DNA from: Octopus sinensis | Lineage: Eukaryota | DNA length: 29,042 bases | Direction of reading: 5' to 3' | Assembly: GCF_006345805.1 (NCBI RefSeq) | Contig: NW_021835580.1 | Coordinates: forward strand, 1 to 29,042 | In this document: piece after piece, positions 11,822 through 22,410 of the stretch | Numbering within the stretch: position 1 is the first letter of the stretch | How the letters are laid out: each line of letters begins with the position of its first letter | The notes under the pieces: generated by a model | Databases searched by the model: none | What the model was told of the DNA's origin: nothing | The model's input: the letters and a program-made list of their open reading frames with translations, nothing else | Position numbers and translations under genes: made by a program

Positions 11822-11937
11822 TGATAATAATAATAATGATGATAATAACAACAACAACAATAAAATAATAATAATAATAATAATAGTAATAATATAATAG
11901 CAATAATAATAATAATAATAATAATAATGATAATAAC

Positions 11938-11971
<34 letters not shown>

Positions 11972-11987
11972 TAATAATGATAATAAC

Positions 11988-12022
<35 letters not shown>

Positions 12023-12035
12023 TAATGATAATAAC

Positions 12036-12102
<67 letters not shown>

Positions 12103-12200
12103 TAAAAATAATGATAATAACAATAACAATAATAATAATAATAATAATGATAACAACAACAACAATAATAATAACAACAACAACAACAACAACAATAATA
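11601..12200. repeat. ~600 bp (AAT)n array with GAT/AAC interruptions
   Basis: Direct inspection; directly follows the Dong-like 3' UTR. Confidence 0.97.
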
Positions 12201-12201
12201 A

Positions 12202-12298
12202 AGTCGACCTCTGCGGAATTTGAACTCAGAACGTAGCCGCAGACGAAATAGCGGTAAGCATTTCGCCTGGCATGCTAACGATTCTGCCAGCTCGCCAC
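12202..12298 (-). mobile_element. SINE family C tRNA-like head
   Basis: Reverse complement GGCGAGCTGGCAGAATCGTTAGCATGCC...TTCTGAGTTCAAATTCCGCAGAGGTCGACTT has A-box and B-box-like motifs. Confidence 0.85.
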
Positions 12299-12369
12299 TT
12301 TTCATAATAATAGTTTCAACTTTTGGCACAAGGCAAACAATTCTCGTCCTCCAAAGGATGAATGGCAAA

Positions 12370-12465
12370 GTTGATACCGGCGGGAATTCGAAATCAGAAC
12401 GTAAAACCACCGAAAGAAATGGCGCTTAGCAGTGTTCCTAACGCGCTACCGACTCTGCCACCTAA
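12370..12465 (-). mobile_element. SINE family C head, older copy
   Basis: Reverse complement GGTGGCAGAGTCGGTAGCGCG...GTTCTGATTTCGAATTCCCGCC. Confidence 0.6.
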
Positions 12466-12936
12466 ATGCGTTGCTAACCACACCAAATAATAATTTACTA
12501 AAAAGTGAAGATAAAAATATGTTTTGGAAATTATGAAATAATTGTTTTTCATAAATGTAAAAATAATTACGACAACATAATGATGCCGATAACAAATGTT
12601 GAATAAAGCTTATTATAAAAGTAATTACTATATACATGTGTGTGTGTGTGTGTGTGAGTGTGCTTGTGTCTGTTTCTGTGCGTTTGCGTGGGTGGGAAGG
12701 TGGGCGGGTGGATAGGTGCGGGTGTATAGTGCGTAAATTGTAAAAATGTGCTTGTTATATAGTGTTAGAGCCAGATGTCTTTCAACGGATGTCTTGCATA
12801 TATATATATGGGGTGTGTGTATAAATATATATATATATGCATATACATATATATATGTATATGTATATGTGTATATAAATATATATATATATATCTATGT
12901 ATATATATATAAATTTTGTGTGTGTGTATATGTATG

Positions 12937-12967
<31 letters not shown>

Positions 12968-13039
12968 TGGGTATGTGTATATATATATATGTATATATAT
13001 ATATGTATACAGAGTATGGGAGTTTAGTTCACAGGTGAT

Positions 13040-13926
13040 CTAAACTACTAGGTACGCTAGGTAAGTGCTGTAATGGATTATTAGGGCTCCAAGGTCCGTT
13101 GACTTGCTGTGTTCCCAAAACATGTACCGAAAGTGAAAAATATCAAACATCCAGTCGACATCAATGTTTTTGGAGTTATCACTAATGATGGCAACGTTAT
13201 GCATACATTCATCTTCCCACACAGCCTCAGGCTCAACCTGGAAGCCTAAATCAAGTACCCGGAGGAGGTAGTGCTGCTCTGGGTCAAGAGGGTGGCTGCT
13301 GGAATAGGTATTAGAATCTGGTAATAGGTATTAAAGTTATTCCATCTGCCGCTGCGTTCTGAGTTTAAATTCCACCGAGGTTAACTTTGCCTTACATCCT
13401 TTCGGGGTCGATTAAATAAGTACCAGTTACGCACTGGAGTCGATGTAATCGACTTAATCACTTTGTCTGTCTTTGTTTGTCCCATCTATGTTTATCCCCT
13501 TGTGGACAATAAAGAATTAAAATAGGACTCTGCAGGGGTACCTAGCCATGGCTGTCAGACAATTTCTGCGGCCACATCACTCCTCACCTCTGACTAACTA
13601 ACAACTCCTCAAACTGCAGCCTTTTTGGTTTTTATGTTGAGCGAGAGATCAACAAAATTCCTTATAACACCAAAGATGAACTGAAGGCAAGAATCATGCC
13701 AGCATTCACCAAATTATAGGGAAACCGCCCAGAAGTTTGCAGGAGATTCCGAAGTCGTCTGGAGGCCGTGGTTGAAGCTAATGGCGAATTTATTGAATAA
13801 ATTTACTCTTTAGTAGTTCAAGATATTTTTTATGTAACTTTGGTAAATATATCTCTTAAAATGAGATGTCAGTGTTATTTTTATTTTTGCGTAATTTAAA
13901 CGATAATTTATTTACCGTATCCTGTA
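13040..13926 (+). mobile_element. Tc1/mariner relic of maT (DD37D)-like type, interrupted by a SINE
   Basis: Translates as KHPVDINVFGVITNDGNVMHTFIFPHSLRLN..EEVVLLWVKRVAAG / DSA.. / VEREINKIPYNTKDELKARI...FRSRLEAVVEANGEFIE* (stop 13798-13800). The right end ...TATCCTG|TA is TIR-like. Confidence 0.8.
13329..13520 (+). mobile_element. SINE family C nested in the maT relic
   Basis: CTGCCGCTGCGTTCTGAGTTTAAATTCCACCGAGG...GGGGTCGATTAAATAAGTACCAG...CCCCTTGTGG; AATAGG occurs on both sides. Confidence 0.85.
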
Positions 13927-14569
13927 TACGTTAACTGTTTTCCTTAACCAATTCTATTCATTTCAACGGTGCATAAGTCTAGCCACAAAAATGCAAAAAC
14001 TTTGAGACAGATAAAGAAGAAATATTAAAATTCAGATTACAATGAAACGCGTCAACATTAATATCATTATAAGTATTTACATTACACTTAACTTCTATAC
14101 ATGCCTCAATGCCATGGAAAGAAACAATTCTGTCCAGATTTCCTGTCTTTTTAAACCTATCTGCAGAATTTGACCATAACCGGATGCACATTGTCACACT
14201 AGTCTAATAGCTTCTCACAATTCCCTTCCGTTACTGAAAGTGACGTCATTTCCTCCTAAAGCGTCCAACATTTATTTGGAATATCGACCGACTTTTGTGA
14301 ATATCTCCAGTCGATCTATAATGTTATTGTTGCTTCGTTTCTGATCATTATTTCCCTTATTATTATTATTTACATTCATCATATTATGTGGCATAAGTAT
14401 ATTAATGCGTATATATATATCAGTTTTATTTTTCGTTCCCTTTCCTTTCTATACATAAATTTTCCTGTCTGAATCACGCCATGCTCTTTACAATATCACG
14501 CCTTATTGTCCCACAATGAGATCGTCTTTGATTCCAATTTGTGTATATATATATATATATATGTATGTA

Positions 14570-14601
<32 letters not shown>

Positions 14602-14646
14602 TTTGTGTGTGTATGTGTGTTTGTGTGTGTGTGTGCGTGTGTGTAT

Positions 14647-14680
14647 CTTTCAGTCGAAGAGCGTAGGCTCGAAACGGTCA
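14647..14680 (+). ncRNA. Hammerhead-like motif 2a (degenerate)
   Basis: CUUU-CAGUCGA-A-GAGC-GUAG-GCUC-GAAAC-GGUC. Confidence 0.35.
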
Positions 14681-14760
14681 GGACGCCATGATAGATCGTT
14701 AGCTCCTACACGCATTTTTTTCTCTCCTTGTTTCTCTCCCTGTTGTTTTTTCTGTGTATC

Positions 14761-14800
14761 TTTCTGTCGAAGAGCGTAGGCGTAGGCTCGAAACGTAAAA
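14761..14800 (+). ncRNA. Hammerhead-like motif 2b
   Basis: UUU-CUGUCGA-A-GAGC-GUAGGCGUAG-GCUC-GAAAC-GUA-AAA; a 6 nt duplication is confined to loop II. Confidence 0.5.
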
Positions 14801-14897
14801 TACTTTCTCTATTTCATTCCTTCCTGAGCGCTATACTAATACATTTTTTGTTTGTACTCCATCCACCTCGTCTTTTTTATTTTCGTAAACTTTCCCG

Positions 14898-14957
<60 letters not shown>

Positions 14958-15280
14958 TATAATTATAATAAGGGCATAGAAAGAAACCAATGCTGAGAAT
15001 AGGCGCTAAATCGTATCACCACTCAAGAAGTCACAAACACGTGTTGAATTCGAAACAAGCCAACGGTAATTATTGATAAAACAGACAGCCCTGTATTAGC
15101 TAATTTCTGGACCTGCCCAATGATGTTTTTGTCTTCAGCAGGACATACATAGAGAATAAATGAAATATTTACACATACCCACAGGAAAGCAAAGCTCAAA
15201 GCCGCAAATACACATAAATACCCCAGTTATCTAGGGAAAATTTCGTAGCTTGCCTCAAGAAAATGTGTATTCGGTCACCA

Positions 15281-15364
15281 ATGCTTAGCAGTATTTCGTC
15301 TGTCTTTATATTCTGAGTTCAAATTCAGCCGAGGTCGACTTTACTTGTCATCCTTTCGTAGTCG

Positions 15365-15437
<73 letters not shown>

Positions 15438-15645
15438 CTTGCGTGTGTGTCTGTTTGAATAGCTTTGTGCCTGTGTTTGTCCCGCACTACAATACTTGAC
15501 AACGGGTGTTGGTGTGTTTAAGTCTCCGTATCTATTCTACCAACAGAATATGTACCAGGTTTTAAACAAAATATACTGGGGCCGATCTGTGCGACCCCAA
15601 ATTTTTCAAGACAGCGCTTCAATATGACTGCTTTCCAAACAAGTG
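15281..15645 (+). mobile_element. SINE-C head + (GATA)n + decayed SINE-A 3' body
   Basis: TTCTGAGTTCAAATTCAGCCGAGGTCGACTTT, then (GATA)n at 15365-15437, then GTGTTTGTCCC...CTTGACAAC.GGTGTTGGTGTGTTTAAGTC. Confidence 0.7.
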
Positions 15646-15767
15646 TGCGTGTGTGTGCGTATGCATATATATATAATATATATATATATTATAATAATAT
15701 GTATGAAATACACACATATATGGGATATACACATATTATCCATCTATGTATTTCTTTCCCACTCGTT

Positions 15768-15822
<55 letters not shown>

Positions 15823-16227
15823 TATATTGTGTGTGTGTACATATGTATATACATAAGTACGTATATGTATATGTATATTAAGGAGCACGCGCCCTTACTT
15901 AAACTTGTGCATATGGTTCTTGAGTTGTCCTCTTTGTGTTTCTACGTGAACTTTTATACGCGATGATAATGAACTCATTTCAACTGTCATTCAAAAGTAC
16001 AAAGAACCAGTCGCAATGACAATGAATACCACTATCGCTGGAATATAAGATGTTATAACAACTTTCATTTTCAGCCTCATGAATATTCATAAGATATTTT
16101 GACAGTCTCCCATTGGTTGATTTGTTTCTAAAGAAACTTTAAAGCAACAGTCACACCCTTGTATTTGCATGTGTCAAAGATATATAGATTTAAAGGTATG
16201 TTTGTGTAAGTATATATATATTTATAT

Positions 16228-16430
16228 AAAGTTAATCCAAACCAGAAAGCACAAAAAAACACAACAACGCGAGGACATGGAACAAATGTAGTATTATTGG
16301 ACGCTCAGGAGAGAAGGAAAGGAGGAGGGTTTAACGTTTCGAGCGGAGCTCTTCGTCGGAAACATAGGAGAAGGAAAGATCCAGAGAAGGGAAGACAGAG
16401 GGAAAAAAATCGCCAACGGTACACACGAGG

Positions 16431-16433
<3 letters not shown>
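16228..16433 (-). mobile_element. Hammerhead-bearing element, copy 3, TCC-loop subfamily
   Basis: Homologous to 18025-18198; flanked by (TA)n. Confidence 0.78.
16329..16363 (-). ncRNA. Minimal type I hammerhead motif (best preserved)
   Basis: GUUU-CCGACGA-A-GAGC-UCC-GCUC-GAAAC-GUU-AAAC: 4 bp helix I, 4 bp helix II, palindromic AACGUU in place of helix III; U4C is the only core deviation. Confidence 0.65.
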
Positions 16434-16466
<33 letters not shown>

Positions 16467-16784
16467 ATAACGAGTAAAATGTACTATGATAAAATGTATT
16501 TTACTATTGGAAAATCTTAATTATCGGCAGTTGTTTCGCAACTTAAACATATATAGATATATAGATAATTTATTTAACTATATTTTACAATAAGAAAGAA
16601 GTGCTTACATGTCTGTAATAATATATGTATATATATATATATATACACATCCAATTGTATATATCTACCGCTATTTTTCATAAAAACCCATTACCTCTTT
16701 GATTTCTGATGTGCATTTTCCCTTATTTTTCTTCCTACATTCCCCTTACATTCCCCGTGTAGTTTCTATTTTCAGTTTGCAACA

Positions 16785-16846
<62 letters not shown>

Positions 16847-16859
16847 TCACACAGATACA

Positions 16860-17010
16860 TGACAGATTTCCACAGTTTCCGTGTAACAAATTCACTCATA
16901 GGACATTGGCCGGTCAGAAGCAGTAGAAAACTTTACTCAAAGTACTGCACAGGGGAACTGAACCCCAGACTGGATGGTTACAAAGCAAGCTTCTTATCCA
17001 CAGTCATACC
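16860..17010 (-). mobile_element. SINE family A, decayed 5' half
   Basis: Reverse complement GACTGTGGATAAGAAGCTTGCT..GGGGTTCAGTTCCC..GAGTGAATTTGTTACACGGAAACTG. Confidence 0.65.
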
Positions 17011-17265
17011 CTCATTTTATGCATCAAAAGCCTCCCCAAAAAAAGGAAATGTATCTGTCTCCATGACAAAACACAATGTGTAGCATGTGTATGGGTTCGA
17101 ACCTGCCACTGACATATTCGAACTAGTAATGACATTGCATTTATACATATCACTGCTTCGTGTTCTCACCTCGCAAATCTATTAATATTTATGTGACTGA
17201 CAGACAGACAAACAGAAAAAGAGAAAGAAAGCTTATGTGAATTAGATCGCGCGCGTACGTGTGTT

Positions 17266-17309
<44 letters not shown>

Positions 17310-17889
17310 CTTGTGTGTGCTCCCCTGAATGAATGTATAAAAATATCTCGGAGAAATCGCAATTCTGCTAATGACTGTCCTTTTCCTAATATAGATAATT
17401 AGAAAAAGTAATTCGAAGTTTTAACCGTACACACAGAGACACACACACTATTACACATATAAACACACCTCAGCACAAAACATACACACACACACACACT
17501 CGTGCACAGACACACCTACATACGCACGCCCTGTATCAATCTCCGATGGATATACTTGGAGATAACATCAAATGACATAGATATGTCGATAAAACGGTCC
17601 TTGGAATACTAATTTACAAGGTCACAGCGATCGGCAGTGAATCTGGGGAAAATCTGAAGAAAATTGAAAGACAAGATGCGTGGTTTTAATAAGGTCTGCT
17701 ATGGAATATTAACGTTATTCAATATATTGACTAATGGACGAATTTAACGTATTTTTTCGGTGTATTTAGGAATGTGAAAATCTAGAAAATAAATCGTTAC
17801 AAACGAAGATAGACAGACGAGAGACAGATGCAGACAGATTGGAAAATGGATGGATAATAGACAACAATCTAGACAGCATCATATGTACA

Positions 17890-17954
<65 letters not shown>

Positions 17955-18024
17955 GTCTATCTATCCATCTATCCACCTATATACCTATATGAATGTTTGT
18001 ATGTATGTATGTATGTATATATAT

Positions 18025-18198
18025 AGTTAATCCAAACACGAACAAAGAGAAAACACAACAACACGAGGACGTGGAACAAGTATAGTGTTATTGGACGCTC
18101 AGAAAAGGAAAGAAAGAAGGAGGATTTAACATTCCGAGAGGAGCTCGTCGTCAGAAATATAGGAAAAAGGAAAAGTGCAAAAAAGAAAGACGGTTTGT
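18025..18198 (-). mobile_element. Hammerhead-bearing element, copy 4, TCC-loop subfamily
   Basis: AGTTAATCCAAAC...AACACGAGGAC.TGGAACAA.T.TAGT.TTATTGGACGCTCAG is shared with copy 3; TA flanks. Confidence 0.75.
18124..18158 (-). ncRNA. Hammerhead-like motif with canonical CUGACGA core (3' half decayed)
   Basis: AUUU-CUGACGA-C-GAGC-UCC-UCUC-GGAAU-GUU-AAAU. Confidence 0.5.
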
Positions 18199-18499
18199 CT
18201 ATATATATATATATATATATAATTAGAGAGAAGAAGTGAGAGAGAGAAAGAATGAGAGGAGAGGGAAAGAGAGAGTATTTCTTATGTAAACTGAGCAGGG
18301 CGTTTATCTGACGACTCGGGTTTCGCGCCATATACATCCGTATTACAGGTGGAATAGGTAACTATATATACGTTGCTGAACCCACATTAGTCATCGACGA
18401 CAGATGAAGGGACCACAGTTTCTTAATGGAGGACATGCACCAAGGTTTTTTTAAATTTAATCAAATGTTTCTGGTGTGCATTTGCTTACTCCTTCCATC

Positions 18500-18652
18500 C
18501 TATCGACATTGCCTCAAAAGGAGCACGGTATGCTACATATCAGATATCGAAACGAAGTGTTTTGCTGAAGGACAAAACGCCTCAACCGCTCCGAGAAACG
18601 AAACAAAGATCTTTTGAGCAACACCCGAACAACTATGTCACGTGCTCTCACT
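18500..18652 (-). mobile_element. SINE family B, decayed
   Basis: Reverse complement ...GTTTCGTTTCTCGGAGCGG...TTTTGTCCTTCAGCAAAACACTTCGTTTC. Confidence 0.5.
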
Positions 18653-18865
18653 GGCTACCTACCTCTCTCACTATCTCACTATACATCCAAGGTAGAGTAG
18701 TACAATTGTTTTCTGCTACTTCATTTTAATAAAATGAAGTGCTTATTATGATTATAATCACCCCCATTTGATTTATATGGATAAAACCATACAAAATTCT
18801 GGTGCCTTTAACTCAAGTACCATATTCATCTGAATCTAAATTTTGCTGATCTTATATACATATAT

Positions 18866-18951
<86 letters not shown>

Positions 18952-19574
18952 TACATTCACATAGGTACACACACACACACACACATATATATTTAGAGAG
19001 AGAGGAGAGAAAGTTGGATGGCTCGATAGACAGAAATATGTATGTGTGTGTGTGCGTGTGTGTGTGTGTGTGTGTGCGTGTGTGTGTGTGTGTGTGTGCA
19101 CATCTATGTGTTTGTATGTGTATGAGAAAGAGAGCAGGACTTACACACACACACTCACTCATACACACACGCCATACATTTCAATATATTTGTCCTGCAT
19201 CCTATGTATACAGTTTCTCTATCTTGAAATTTCTCGTCAACAAATCCTTCCTGCATGAATTCCTAACGTTTACATCGTTTCCATAAAGCAACAGAAACCA
19301 TTTCAAACACATATCCTTATAAACATCACATACACAACCTTACATCGCAACCCTCACTGTCTTTTTTTGTTTTTGTTTTTGCCTTCCTGCACACTTTTAA
19401 TTTAATTCTCAATCTGATTATATTCACGCGTGCATGCACACTTTTTACGTATACGAAATTAAAAAGACAAAAGAAAATGAAATCATGTCACGACCATCAT
19501 TACCTTCTATGCTGTTTCTGTTGTGATCACCCTATAACTTCATCGGAGCTTCAATCATGAAGTATTATGTATAT

Positions 19575-19767
19575 AGGGAGAATTCGCAAAATTCGAAAAA
19601 ACAAAAGACGAAGACAGGTGGTTTAGACAACAAACAGATGTATTAGTATGACGCTCGGGAAGTGAAAAAAGCTTCAACGTTTCGAGCCTACGCTCTTCCA
19701 CAGAAAGGAATACAGAAAGAAACAGGGAGAGAAAATAAAGAATGTGCAGTGGCTAGCGATCTATCAT
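19575..19767 (-). mobile_element. Hammerhead-bearing element, copy 5, GTAG-loop subfamily
   Basis: Homologous to copies 1 and 2; TA flanks. Confidence 0.78.
19672..19707 (-). ncRNA. Hammerhead-like motif
   Basis: CUUU-CUGUGGA-A-GAGC-GUAG-GCUC-GAAAC-GUU-GAAG; helix I pairs with one G-U wobble. Confidence 0.5.
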
Positions 19768-20055
19768 ATATATATAATAGAAATATGCTTTAAAAAGAAA
19801 ATAGAAACTACACGTGGAAAAGATATGGGGAAAGTAAGAAGTAAAAAAGCAAAATGCACATTGAATATTAAATATATTAGGGATTTTTTTTAATGAAAGT
19901 AGCGATAAATAAATACAATTAGATGAACTGAGGTAGAATTAAGAGGAATTAAATTCATTATTTGAATTGTTAAAGAGATTCAAAGTCAGACCGGTATCGT
20001 CATTGCTGTTCACTGGCTTTGGATGCGCACCCTTATATATATATATATGCACACA

Positions 20056-20312
20056 CTCAATATCCTTCTAAAATTCCTGGGAGGCCTGCATGATGTGGCT
20101 GTGGATGTCTTCATAACAAAACTAGATCCCCTCCTCTCAAGGATTCTAGATGAGCCTACGTTACAGCAGGAAACACAGATGAGGGCGGCAGCATCAAACT
20201 CCATCATTCACAAAATGCCCCAAGTCAGAAGTTTCAAATAATGAAGGTGTAGCAAAGCGAACAGCAGGGCTCCAGCATGACCTCAGCTTTAAAACTGAAA
20301 CTAGTTAAAGAG
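20056..20312 (+). mobile_element. LINE 3' end (CR1/L2-group-like ORF2 C-terminus plus 3' tail)
   Basis: LNILLKFLGGLHDVAVDVFITKLDPLLSRILDEP..QMRAAASNSIIHKM fits the FN.LP..LR.....FK.KLD.FL..PDEP LINE C-terminal pattern; the tail matches the SINE A tail. Confidence 0.7.
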
Positions 20313-20514
20313 GTAACGAGTACATGTATGTACATGAATACATGGCTGTGTGTGAGCGTAAGAATTGTTGCTTGCATATAGAACGAGAGAGAGAGAAAAA
20401 TAGAGAGAGGGAGAGAATAAGGAATAAAGAGATACCTTCACCTGGTTTAATCTTATACAGCCATATATGCATATTTACTTTCATAAATACATCAGCACAA
20501 ACACCTACGCATAT

Positions 20515-20567
20515 ATCTGTATCAATATCAATATCAATATCTATATCTATATCTATCTATCTATCTG

Positions 20568-20600
<33 letters not shown>

Positions 20601-20601
20601 A

Positions 20602-20687
<86 letters not shown>

Positions 20688-20780
20688 CATACATACATAC
20701 ATACATACATACATACATACAAACATACATACATATATGCAAACATACATAAATACATATATATATATATATACATTAAT
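20515..20780. repeat. Compound (ATATCA)/(TCTA)n/(TC)n/(TA)n/(TACA)n microsatellite
   Basis: Direct inspection. Confidence 0.92.
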
Positions 20781-21103
20781 ATATATGTATGTATATGAAC
20801 ATACAAACATACATATATACACACACACATATATATATATACATAAATACATACATATGTACATTTATATGCGCGCACATACTCACAGAGACAGGCCCAT
20901 ATACAAATGTATTCGCATGTAGAAGCATACCATTCTATTTGTGTATTTATGCGTATTAAATATATTTATAACATATACGCGTGTAAATATATATGAGCAT
21001 ATATATACATACACGCATATATATACCGACATACATTTACACATGTATATGCATGCGTGTTATATATATATATATATATATATTATATATTATATATATA
21101 TAA

Positions 21104-21148
<45 letters not shown>

Positions 21149-21309
21149 TGTATGTATGTACGTATGGCCTGTATGTATGCATGTTTGTGTAATGTCTGCA
21201 TGTACTTTGTTAGGAAATTTATTTTTTACGGATATAGATTATCTTTCATTATCCAAATGGCTCCTCTGTCTTCTTCGAAACCATTTCTCAATAAAAAAAA
21301 GAAAGGCAA

Positions 21310-21401
21310 ATATAATAATATAATAATAACAATAATAATAATAATTCTAATAATAATAATATAATAATAACAATAATAATAATAACAATAATAATAATAA
21401 T

Positions 21402-21439
<38 letters not shown>

Positions 21440-21450
21440 TAAATAAAATT

Positions 21451-21488
<38 letters not shown>

Positions 21489-21541
21489 CAATAATAATAA
21501 TAATTCTAATAATAATAATATAATAATAATAATAATAATTC

Positions 21542-21586
<45 letters not shown>

Positions 21587-21601
21587 TAATAATAATAATT
21601 C

Positions 21602-21637
<36 letters not shown>

Positions 21638-21661
21638 CAATAATAATAATAATTCTAATTC

Positions 21662-21700
<39 letters not shown>
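21310..21700. repeat. (AAT)n array with AAC/TTC interruptions
   Basis: Direct inspection. Confidence 0.97.
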
Positions 21701-21859
21701 TAAAATATGAGAAATGATGTCGTGAAAATAAGGAAGAAGAATGGCGTCGAAGGTCTTGGCTATTTATTATTTTCTTTCAACTTGTTTAAACAATTGAAAG
21801 TGAGAACCGCTCATTAACTTTCAGCATCACCATCTCCACGGGCAAAGTTGTCTCTGACA

Positions 21860-22410
21860 CCAACGCCGTTGCCGCCACTGCTGCCGATGTTGGTGCCACC
21901 ACCACCACTGCCACTACCACAACCACTGCTACTACCACCACCACCACTCCTGTCATCAATATTGTTATCGTTTTCGGCATCATCGTCTCCACCGTGGTTG
22001 GTTTCAGGATCGTCGTTATGATCGTCGACATTATAATCCTCATCACCAGCATCAGCATCATCATCACCGTCACCATAAACGCCATCATTCATGTGCACCA
22101 CCCTAATCGTCATTGTTATTATTGTCCTCCCTTTCCCCATCATCTCCCTCTTCCTCATGATCATCATCATCAGCACCAGCAGCACCACCACCATCACCAC
22201 ACCACCACCACTCTACCACCACTCTACCACCACTCCACCACCACTCCCTCACCACCATCACCACACCACCATCACCACTGATACCACCACCACCACTCCA
22301 CCGCTCCACCACCACTCTACCGCTGTTCCACCACTACTCCACTACCATTCCGCCACCACCCCACCACTCCACCACTCTACCGTCGTTCCACCACCACTCC
22401 CCCACCGTCA
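21860..22410. repeat. Cryptic (CAC/CAT/CCA)n low-complexity tract
   Basis: Degenerate trinucleotide repeats; open in several frames on both strands. Confidence 0.8.

Larger units (their letters stand above)
14646..14899 (+). mobile_element. Hammerhead-bearing element, copy 2, with two tandem motifs
   Basis: Reverse-complement homolog of 3312-3471 and 19575-19767, ending in (TA)n; GAAGAGCGTAGG..CTCGAAACG occurs twice. Confidence 0.8.

Noticed and set aside
10705-12410. ORFs up to 292 aa of poly-L/I/Y
   Set aside because: They are antisense or alternative-frame readings of (AAT/AAC)n arrays.
13985-14260. Possible Tc1/mariner C-terminal remnant on the minus strand (…FHGIEACIEVK…)
   Set aside because: Too degraded; no diagnostic motif in a consistent frame.
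18308-18345. Extra hammerhead candidate (minus CGGAUGU…GAAAC…GUC; plus CTGACGA)
   Set aside because: The core has two mismatches and helix II cannot form; the plus-strand CTGACGA lacks a downstream GAAA.
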